Origin: Candidatus Poribacteria bacterium
GTDB lineage: Bacteria; Poribacteria; WGA-4E; UBA9662
Direction of reading: 5' to 3'
DNA length: 64,000 nucleotides
Assembly: GCA_046582655.1 (NCBI GenBank)
Contig: JAYGDX010000068.1
Coordinates: forward strand, 77,546 to 141,545
The notes under the pieces are model-generated. The model was not told where the DNA came from and made no database searches. It saw only the letters and a program-made list of their open reading frames with translations. Shown here one piece after another: positions 56,334 to 64,000 of this stretch; the first letter of the stretch is position 1, and every line of letters begins with the position of its first letter. Position numbers and translations under genes: made by a program.

Positions 56334-57831
56334 CCCAGTGGATACACCAATTATTATCGGAACGGAAACTGAATACGGAATCGCCATCAAAAACGTATCG
56401 GAACAGGATCCGGTTGCTGTTTCAACCCTAGTTGTCAACATCTACAAAGATAACAATCTGAAAAAAATTACTTGGGATTATGATCAGGAAAGCCCTTTAG
56501 TCGATGCGAGAGGATTCATTTCCGAAGGTGAAAATCAAAAACCAGATAAAGAAGAAAATACCATCATCAACGATATTCTGTTTAATGGTGGGCGATACTA
56601 TGTGGACCATGCTCATCCGGAATATTGTACACCCGAATGCACAAATGCTAGAGATGTAGTTATTTACGAAAAAGCTGGTGATTTAATTCTGCATCTCTCC
56701 CGTATAGCTGCAGAGGAAGTCTTGCCCGCCGAACAGGAAATCATCATTTATAAAAATAATACTGACTATAAGGGACATAGTTATGGTGGTCATGAAAATT
56801 ATCTGATGTCGCGCCAGATTGGGTTTGATGATATTGCTGAAGGGATGATACCATTTTTTGTCACCCGTCAGATTATTACTGGAGCCGGAAAAGTTGGTTC
56901 GGAAAATGGGGCGGAACCTGCTAAGTTCCAAATTACCCAACGTGCTGATTTTTTTGAAACTGAAGTCGGATTGAGTACGATGGTGGCACGTCCAATTATC
57001 AATACGCGCGACGAGCCACATGCTGATGAGAAACACTATCGTCGCTTCCATGTGATCGTTGGTGATTCCAATATGTCGGAGTTTTCGATTTACTTGAAAG
57101 TTGGTATAACTGCGATAGCATTAAAGCTGATTGAGAAAGGGATCATCGGTAGTCAATTCAATTTAGTAAATCCAGTAATGCAGAATCAGATGGTTTCACG
57201 CGATCTAACCTGTAAAAGAAATATTTTACTTGAAGATGGTCGCCGTTTTACACCGATTGAAGTCCAACGTTCATACCTAGATCTAGCCCACAAGTATCTG
57301 CAACCATATGAGATTACGTCTGTAATGGAGGACGTGATGATTAAATGGGCATTTGTCTTAGATCAACTCGAAGCAGACCCAATGTCGCTTGATTGTCACT
57401 TGGATTGGGTAATTAAGAAACGTATCATTGATGCTTTTGTTGAACGTCATAATTTGAGTTGGTCTGACTCACGTGTGCGGATGATGGATTTGCAATATCA
57501 TGATATTCGTCCTGATAAAGGATTGTATGCAAGGTTAAAAAAGAATGGACGTGTGCATCAAATCGTTGGTCATGAAGAAGTGGTTCGTGCGATTACGGAT
57601 CCCCCAACGGATACACGTGCGTACTTTCGTGGGAGTTGCTTGAAAAATTTTCCCGGTGAAATTCATAGTGCAAGCTGGAACTCGATGGTATTTTGTACCG
57701 ATAGTTCCTCTTTGGACAAAATTTTAATGGATCGGCCCTACTTCGGAACGAAGGAGCGTGTGGGTGATTTGCTGAAAAACTGTACTGCTTCTGAACTAGT
57801 GGAAGCGATACTATCTTCCAAATGCGAATAA
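56317..57831 (+). CDS. dop: Depupylase/deamidase Dop
   Basis: GTETEYGI, Dop-loop WDYDQESPLVDARGF, YVDHAHPEY, SYGGHENY, RPIINTRDEPHAD; start uncertain. Confidence 0.9.
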   Translation: MVHISNPVDTPIIIGTETEYGIAIKNVSEQDPVAVSTLVVNIYKDNNLKKITWDYDQESPLVDARGFISEGENQKPDKEENTIINDILFNGGRYYVDHAHPEYCTPECTNARDVVIYEKAGDLILHLSRIAAEEVLPAEQEIIIYKNNTDYKGHSYGGHENYLMSRQIGFDDIAEGMIPFFVTRQIITGAGKVGSENGAEPAKFQITQRADFFETEVGLSTMVARPIINTRDEPHADEKHYRRFHVIVGDSNMSEFSIYLKVGITAIALKLIEKGIIGSQFNLVNPVMQNQMVSRDLTCKRNILLEDGRRFTPIEVQRSYLDLAHKYLQPYEITSVMEDVMIKWAFVLDQLEADPMSLDCHLDWVIKKRIIDAFVERHNLSWSDSRVRMMDLQYHDIRPDKGLYARLKKNGRVHQIVGHEEVVRAITDPPTDTRAYFRGSCLKNFPGEIHSASWNSMVFCTDSSSLDKILMDRPYFGTKERVGDLLKNCTASELVEAILSSKCE

Positions 57832-57843
57832 GGAGTGATAACT

Positions 57844-58053
57844 ATGGCATCTGAAAAACAGCGAGAGCAGCAAGAACAAAAAGAGACTCCAACCCAGAAT
57901 CATACTGATAATGCTCAGCCCAAAGATGAAGTTACCACAAAAGGCGAAGAGATTAAAGACGACCTAGATCAGTTATTAGATGAAATTGATGAAATCTTGG
58001 AAGAAGATTCAGAGGAATTTGTCGAGAATTACATCCAAAGAGGAGGCGAATAG
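57844..58053 (+). CDS. pup: Prokaryotic ubiquitin-like protein Pup
   Basis: Disordered N-terminus; LDQLLDEIDEILEEDSEEFVENYIQRGGE; AGGAG RBS before ATG 57844. Confidence 0.93.
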   Translation: MASEKQREQQEQKETPTQNHTDNAQPKDEVTTKGEEIKDDLDQLLDEIDEILEEDSEEFVENYIQRGGE

Positions 58054-58862
58054 TGCTGCTTGAACCATCTCAATATAGCACCACCAACTTCTTGGGAATT
58101 TTAAAATCAGAGTATCCAGATTTAGTCAAATTGGATGTGGACCCGTCTTTGATTAATAGTTGGCGGAATAATGGCTTAAATGCCCTTGAAGGCACAACGA
58201 TTGTCGCCACTGTGTATGAAGATGGTGTGGTAATAGCGGGTGATCGTCAAGCGACAGCAGGATTTCAAGTTGGTGAGCGTCGTATTCAGAAGGTTTTTGA
58301 CGTCGACGAGCATTCAGCCATCGCCGTGGCTGGGGTTGCAAGTATATGTATAGAGATGGCAAAGCTTTTCCAAGTTCAAGTAGAATTTTATGAAAAAATC
58401 GAAGGTACATTTCTTAGCCTCGAAGGAAAAGCGAATTATCTCTCTAATATGCTGAGATCGAATCTGCAGTTGGCTGTTCAAGGTTTAGTTGTCATTCCGA
58501 TATTCGCCGGTTATGATCTTAGTCGGAAATGTGGTCATATTTACAAGTATGATATAGCTGGAGGGCGATACGAGCAAGAAGATTATGATGCTGAAGGATC
58601 AGGCGGCAAGGATGCAAGGTCTTCACTCAAAAAGCTCTATCGGCCCGATATGTCGCGTGAGGATATTTTAAAGATAGTTGTTGCGGCTTTATGGGATGCG
58701 GCTGATGAAGATTTAGGGACTGCTGGCCCGGATCTTCTGCGTAATATTTTTCCGACAATAAAGACGATTACCCACTCCGGTGTTGAAGACGTTGATGAAT
58801 CTGAAATTAAGGATTTATTTACAGATCTTTTTGAACAATTGAGTAAACAATTGAGTAAATAA
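58053..58862 (+). CDS. prcB: 20S proteasome beta subunit
   Basis: Propeptide then G|TTIV Ntn threonine; AGDRQATAG, KV, GSGG. Confidence 0.93.
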   Translation: MLLEPSQYSTTNFLGILKSEYPDLVKLDVDPSLINSWRNNGLNALEGTTIVATVYEDGVVIAGDRQATAGFQVGERRIQKVFDVDEHSAIAVAGVASICIEMAKLFQVQVEFYEKIEGTFLSLEGKANYLSNMLRSNLQLAVQGLVVIPIFAGYDLSRKCGHIYKYDIAGGRYEQEDYDAEGSGGKDARSSLKKLYRPDMSREDILKIVVAALWDAADEDLGTAGPDLLRNIFPTIKTITHSGVEDVDESEIKDLFTDLFEQLSKQLSK

Positions 58863-58895
58863 CATCTCATTCATGGGAGTCAAGAGGAGGGATGA

Positions 58896-59603
58896 GTGGC
58901 TTCACCTTATTATGTATCACCAGAGCAGGTGGTGCAAGATCGGTCTGAGTTTGTTCAGAAGGGAATTGAGAAAGCGAGAGAGGTTATCGTCCTCGAATAT
59001 CAGGATGGGCTGGCGATAGTCGCTGAGAATCCTCTGACAACAGTATTCAAGGTATCGGAAATTTATGATCGGATTGCGTTTGCTGCAACGGGGCTTTACC
59101 GTGAGTATGAAGCACTGAGGTATGTTGGTATTCGAGATGCCGAGGTTAAAGGACTAACTTATACTCGTGAGGATGTGACGGCGAAATGGTTGACCAATGT
59201 GTATTCCCAATACATTGGCGGCAATTTCTGGCAGATTGAGTCGAAACCACTTGAGGTAGAGTTACTGATTTGCGAGGTCAAAGAAAGTCCTTCGTTGCAA
59301 AATCGGATTTATCACCTTTCTTTTGACGGCACGTTTTGGGAAGAGGATAAATACGCGGTGGTTGGCGGCCGAGCCAATAGTATTGCACAGTTTCTTGATG
59401 ATACATATTCTGAAAATCTTGATTTGAAAGGCGCTATCGAACTGGCCATCAAGACGTTTGAGTCTCTTGAAACGGATTCCGGAGCCGATGAACTTTATGA
59501 AGTGAACATTGAAACGGTTGAAATTGCGATTCTCGATATCAATAGAGGAAGACGCAAGTTTAGAAGGCTATCCAATGAAGATTTAAATGAGATCTTGGCA
59601 TGA
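58896..59603 (+). CDS. prcA: 20S proteasome alpha subunit
   Basis: PYYVSPEQ, KGIEKAR, KVSEIYDRIAFAATG, YTREDVTAK, KPLEVE. Confidence 0.93.
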   Translation: MASPYYVSPEQVVQDRSEFVQKGIEKAREVIVLEYQDGLAIVAENPLTTVFKVSEIYDRIAFAATGLYREYEALRYVGIRDAEVKGLTYTREDVTAKWLTNVYSQYIGGNFWQIESKPLEVELLICEVKESPSLQNRIYHLSFDGTFWEEDKYAVVGGRANSIAQFLDDTYSENLDLKGAIELAIKTFESLETDSGADELYEVNIETVEIAILDINRGRRKFRRLSNEDLNEILA

Positions 59604-60958
59604 AACGTAGAATCTACGGTCTTGAGAGCGAATACGGTATTATCTGCACATCTACCCAGCAGGTTGGTAAACCAATGTCTATTCAGAGTGCTGTGATGTA
59701 CTTGTTTCGTGAAATTATACATGGAAGGATGTATCCTGATGTTTTCCTAGAAAATGGCGCGAGGTTTTACCAAGACATTGGTTGTCATCCAGAATACGCA
59801 ACTCCTGAGTGTGATAGCGTTATTGATCTAATCGCACATGATAAGGCTGGCGAACGAATTATAGAACGGTTATTATTGTCGGCCGAGCGCCGGATGCAAC
59901 ATGAAAATGTCAAAGGAAAGATGTCGATCTTTAAAAACAATACTGACACACCCGGAAATACCTACGGTTGTCATGAAAACTATCTGATGGATCGACGTGT
60001 CAGTTTTCGTCAATTGGCTAGAAAACTTATTCCTTTTTTCGTTACCCGTCAAATATTTACTGGAGCTGGGAAGATAAAATCAAGTAATCGAGGTCGATAT
60101 GCAATATCTCAACGAGCTGAGCATATTCGCGAAGAAATCTCGATTGCCACAACGACCGCACGCGGCATTATTAACACTCGAGACGAGCCACACGCGGATC
60201 GCGAGAAATATCGTCGGTTGCACGTGATTGTTGGTGATTCTAACATGTCGGAATATGTCAACTTGCTCAAAGTTGGTACGACCGATATAATCCTGCGAAT
60301 GATTGAGGCAAATTTTATTACTCGCCAGTTCGCACTCCGCAACTCTGTTCACGCAATTCAACGGATTTCCGATGATGTCACGTGCACAAGAACGGTTGAA
60401 CTTGAGAACGGTCGACGTTTGTCGGCGGTCGAAATGCAGTTAGAATACCTTGATCTAGCTAGGCAATATCTGGAAAAAGAGGGATCGGATCCAACAACAG
60501 ATCTGACAATGAAATGTTGGGAGCATGTTCTAACCTGTCTTCAGGATGACCCAAGGCAACTAGACCGTGAGTTGGATTGGGTAATTAAACGAAGATTGAT
60601 AGAAACTTATGCCAGTAGCCGAGGTATAGATTGGGATTCGCCGAAAATTACCATGCTTGATTACCAATACCATAATATCAGAACTGACGTTGGGTTATAT
60701 TATAAACTTGAAAAAGATAATTTGGTTGACCGAATTATCACTGATGCTCAGATTGAGCATGCCATGCACAATCCGCCAGAAACAACACGTGCGAAATTCC
60801 GAGGTCGGTTTGTAAAGCTTGCTAACGAAAAGAAAATTATGTGTGGTGTAAATTGGAGCTACATTCAGTTATACGAACCCTACCAAAAACTCTTCCTTTC
60901 AACCAATCCATTACAAGCAGAATACGAAGAAGCTAGCCGGATGATCTATTCGATTTAA
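59600..60958 (+). CDS. pafA: Pup-protein ligase PafA
   Basis: MKRRIYGLESEYG, VFLENGARFYQD.G.HPEYATPEC, GCHENY, RGIINTRDEPHAD, ELDWVIK. Confidence 0.93.
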   Translation: MKRRIYGLESEYGIICTSTQQVGKPMSIQSAVMYLFREIIHGRMYPDVFLENGARFYQDIGCHPEYATPECDSVIDLIAHDKAGERIIERLLLSAERRMQHENVKGKMSIFKNNTDTPGNTYGCHENYLMDRRVSFRQLARKLIPFFVTRQIFTGAGKIKSSNRGRYAISQRAEHIREEISIATTTARGIINTRDEPHADREKYRRLHVIVGDSNMSEYVNLLKVGTTDIILRMIEANFITRQFALRNSVHAIQRISDDVTCTRTVELENGRRLSAVEMQLEYLDLARQYLEKEGSDPTTDLTMKCWEHVLTCLQDDPRQLDRELDWVIKRRLIETYASSRGIDWDSPKITMLDYQYHNIRTDVGLYYKLEKDNLVDRIITDAQIEHAMHNPPETTRAKFRGRFVKLANEKKIMCGVNWSYIQLYEPYQKLFLSTNPLQAEYEEASRMIYSI

Positions 60959-61031
60959 CCAGATTCGTTGTTGAGCTAGAGATTAATTACGGATTGGTTG
61001 TCCACAATTAATTTTTTTGAGGAGGCTTTTA

Positions 61032-63785
61032 ATGTCCGAAATGAAGTATGTTTACTTTTTTGGTGGTAGGGAAGCCGATGGCAATACCACGATGAAAGAC
61101 TTACTTGGTGGAAAAGGGGCTAACTTGGCAGAAATGGCGAACATTGGTCTACCGGTCCCACCTGGATTTACTATTCCAACCATTATATGTACAACTTACT
61201 ACGAATTAGATGGTGGCTATCCTGATGGGCTTGAAGAGCAAGTTAACGATGCAATTATCAAGATGGGAAAAATCCGTGGCGGCACGTTTGGCGATCCTGA
61301 TAATCCTCTTCTGGTATCGGTTAGATCTGGAGCACGCCAATCGATGCCTGGTATGATGGAAACTATCCTTAACGCCGGGTTGACAACCAAGACCATTGGA
61401 GGCTTGATCAAGCAAACTGAAAACGAACGTTTCGCTTATGATGCCTATCGACGTCTGATTACCATGTACTCCGACGTTGTCATGGAAAAAGCGGGTGGTT
61501 TTGAGCCTGAAGAAGGGCAAGGTATCCGACAGCAGCTTGAACGTCTTCTGAAGGTAGCTAAAGAGGCCCGCGGTGTTGAAAACGACACAGATCTATCAGC
61601 TGAAGATTTGACAGAATTGGTTGACAAATACAAGGCAAAAGTTGAGGAGGTGCTTGGCACACCGTTTCCGGATGATGCTAGCGATCAACTGTGGGGTGCC
61701 ATTGGTGCCGTCTTTACATCTTGGAACGGCAAACGCGCGATTGCCTATCGTCGGATTGAGAACATTCCAGACGAGTGGGGAACAGCAGTCAACGTGCAGG
61801 CTATGGTTTTCGGAAACATGGGAGATAACTCTGCTACTGGTGTTGCTTTTACACGAAATCCGGCAACCGGCGATAACGTTTTCTATGGTGAGTGGTTGCC
61901 GAATGCACAAGGTGAAGATGTTGTGGCAGGAATCCGTACGCCATTTCCTGTTAGCGAATTGATGAAAAGCGAAGGCGATGAAGATATTGAGTCACTCGAA
62001 ACTCGCCATTCACGATGTTACGATGAGCTGATTGAAATTCAGCAGAAACTTGAACAACACTACCGCGACATGCAAGATATTGAATTCACTATTGAAGATG
62101 GTCGCCTCTGGATGCTCCAGTGTCGAACCGGAAAGCGAAATGGTGCCGCTGCCGTCAAGATAGCTGTCGATATGAACAACGAGGGCTTGATTGACAAGAA
62201 AGAGGCCTTGACCCGTGTAACGGCCGACTCACTGGTGCAAGTCCTGCTACCAATGGTGGATCCCGATGCTGAAGTTTCCTCTCTATTAACCAAAGGTCTA
62301 CCCGCTGGTCCAGGTGGAGCTAATGGCACAATCGTTTTTACGGCGGACGAAGCTGTTCGTTGTAATGAGTTGGGCGAAAAAGTGGTTCTAGTACGTGACG
62401 AAACTAGTCCAGAAGACGTCCATGGTATGCATGCTGCCGAGGCAATTTTGACGGCCAGAGGTGGAATGACGAGCCACGCTGCGCTTGTTGCTCGTGCTTG
62501 GGGGAAATGCTGTATCGTTGGTTGTGGGGACTTAAGAATTGACATTGATAACAAACAGATGGTAGTTGGTGACCAAACGTTAAAAGAAGGAGATTGGATC
62601 ACCCTGAACGGTACGACTGGCAACATCTACGCTGGACAGCTTGATCTGATTGATCCGGACTTGGAACACAACAACGATTTCACTACGCTGATGGGTTATA
62701 CCGACGAGTACAGAACACTAAAGGTGCGAACCAACGCCGACACACCGGCTGATGCGCAGCGCGCACTCTGCTTTGGTGCCGAAGGTATCGGGCTATTTCG
62801 TATCGAACATATGTTCTATGGGGAAGGTTCTGATGAACCGCTTTTTAAGCTGCGAAAGATGATTATGTCTTCGTCTGAAGACGAACGTCGAGTAGCACTT
62901 GACGATCTCTATCCGTATATGAAGACGGACATCAAAGCAACTTTGGATGTGATGTCAGGTTACCCAGTCACTATACGTTTATTAGATCCACCGCTTCACG
63001 AGTTTGTACCACATGATCAGGCTGCTCGCGAAAAACTAGTGGCTGAACTTGGTATTGATCTAAATGAATTCAATCGTCGAGCCGAAGGTCTACATGAAAC
63101 CAACCCTATGATGGGCCACCGTGGTGTTCGACTAGGTATTAGCTATCCGGAAATTGTCGAGACACAGGTGCGTGCGATTCTAGAAGCCACCGTTGAACTT
63201 ACGCAAGATGGAAAAGAAGTTCATCCGGAGATCATGATCCCTGTGCTTGCGCATGTTAACGAGTTGAAGAACCAGAAAAAGGTCATCGATCGAGTTTATC
63301 AGGAAGTACTTGATAAATATGGTGTCGATCATATCACTCATATGGTGGGTACTATGATTGAGATTCCTCGTGCCGCGCTGACGGCCAACGAAGTGGCTGA
63401 AGTGGCCGAGTTCTTCTCGTTTGGTACTAATGACCTGACGCAAATGAGTTTTGGATTCAGTCGTGACGATGTCGGTGGATTCCTGCCGGACTACATTTCA
63501 CAAGGCGTTCTGCAACATGATCCGTTCCAGACAATCGATCAGGAAGGCGTCGGCCAACTAATCGAAGTCGGCATTGAGCGAGGCCGTTCGACCAGGCCTG
63601 ATTTGAAAGTTGGCATCTGTGGTGAGCACGGTGGGGATTTCGATTCTGTTATATACTGCTATAATGTTGGTATGGACTATGTTTCCTGCTCGCCGTTCCG
63701 GGTACCAATTGCGCGTCTGGCTGCAGCACATGCTGTAATCCAAGGGCGGAATTCAACTCTGAAACGCAAAATTCGCTCTCAATGA
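61032..63785 (+). CDS. ppdK: Pyruvate, phosphate dikinase
   Basis: LLGGKGANLAEM, PLLVSVRSGA, GGMTSHAA phospho-His, FSFGTNDLTQ, GICGEHGG. Confidence 0.97.
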   Translation: MSEMKYVYFFGGREADGNTTMKDLLGGKGANLAEMANIGLPVPPGFTIPTIICTTYYELDGGYPDGLEEQVNDAIIKMGKIRGGTFGDPDNPLLVSVRSGARQSMPGMMETILNAGLTTKTIGGLIKQTENERFAYDAYRRLITMYSDVVMEKAGGFEPEEGQGIRQQLERLLKVAKEARGVENDTDLSAEDLTELVDKYKAKVEEVLGTPFPDDASDQLWGAIGAVFTSWNGKRAIAYRRIENIPDEWGTAVNVQAMVFGNMGDNSATGVAFTRNPATGDNVFYGEWLPNAQGEDVVAGIRTPFPVSELMKSEGDEDIESLETRHSRCYDELIEIQQKLEQHYRDMQDIEFTIEDGRLWMLQCRTGKRNGAAAVKIAVDMNNEGLIDKKEALTRVTADSLVQVLLPMVDPDAEVSSLLTKGLPAGPGGANGTIVFTADEAVRCNELGEKVVLVRDETSPEDVHGMHAAEAILTARGGMTSHAALVARAWGKCCIVGCGDLRIDIDNKQMVVGDQTLKEGDWITLNGTTGNIYAGQLDLIDPDLEHNNDFTTLMGYTDEYRTLKVRTNADTPADAQRALCFGAEGIGLFRIEHMFYGEGSDEPLFKLRKMIMSSSEDERRVALDDLYPYMKTDIKATLDVMSGYPVTIRLLDPPLHEFVPHDQAAREKLVAELGIDLNEFNRRAEGLHETNPMMGHRGVRLGISYPEIVETQVRAILEATVELTQDGKEVHPEIMIPVLAHVNELKNQKKVIDRVYQEVLDKYGVDHITHMVGTMIEIPRAALTANEVAEVAEFFSFGTNDLTQMSFGFSRDDVGGFLPDYISQGVLQHDPFQTIDQEGVGQLIEVGIERGRSTRPDLKVGICGEHGGDFDSVIYCYNVGMDYVSCSPFRVPIARLAAAHAVIQGRNSTLKRKIRSQ

Positions 63786-64000
63786 TTTCCCCAAAAACAG
63801 CTCTGTAGGCGTTTCGTATCCAAGGCTCTTTCTGGGCCTCCTGTTAAGCAACCCCTTGGCTCTCTTTACTGATCTCTCCGTAACCTCCTCAAACCGGCTC
63901 TTCTTGGGCAAGAACTGACGGATCAAACCATTGGTGTTCTCGTTCAGTCCAGGCTGCCAACAGGAGTACGGAGGAGCAAAATAGTAGTCGCACTCCAGTG
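63745..64000 (-). mobile_element. IS30-family insertion sequence end with transposase C-terminus (continues beyond the window)
   Basis: Minus frame YFAPPYSCWQPGLNENTNGLIRQFLPK...LNRRPRKSLGYETP...FAFQS* (stop 63753-63755), followed by an IR-like end ggcggaattcaactctgaaacgcaaa. Confidence 0.85.

Noticed and set aside
1..64000. tRNA, rRNA or CRISPR loci
   Set aside because: None recognised by eye; tRNAscan-SE and Infernal were not run

Overview
Bacterial chromosomal window from a diderm. It is most likely Candidatus Poribacteria or a relative, inferred from a secreted LamG protein ending in the VDPxxKLxTxWGxxK tail; no database check was possible. Housekeeping content: aroA, moaE, an SRAP peptidase, mutS, lptFG, ppdK and an 11-gene complex I operon (nuoABCDHIJKLMN, no nuoEFG). 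It also holds a complete Pup-proteasome operon (arc-dop-pup-prcB-prcA-pafA) behind a perfect sigma70 consensus promoter. The best candidate for an undescribed system is a four-gene operon at 22.2-28.9 kb with its own promoter. It encodes two paralogous, signal-peptide-less beta/gamma-crystallin proteins with different C-terminal domains, a flotillin with an expanded 22-aa repeat stalk, and a Zn-finger protein with a LamG domain inserted inside another domain. Other oddities: a beta-clamp-like domain fused to a DUF4159 membrane protein, a ~60-aa insertion in NuoI, three pseudogenes (two with large internal deletions, largely missed by the ORF track) and an IS30 end that supplies the last residues of PpdK. 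All family calls come from recognising motifs by eye.
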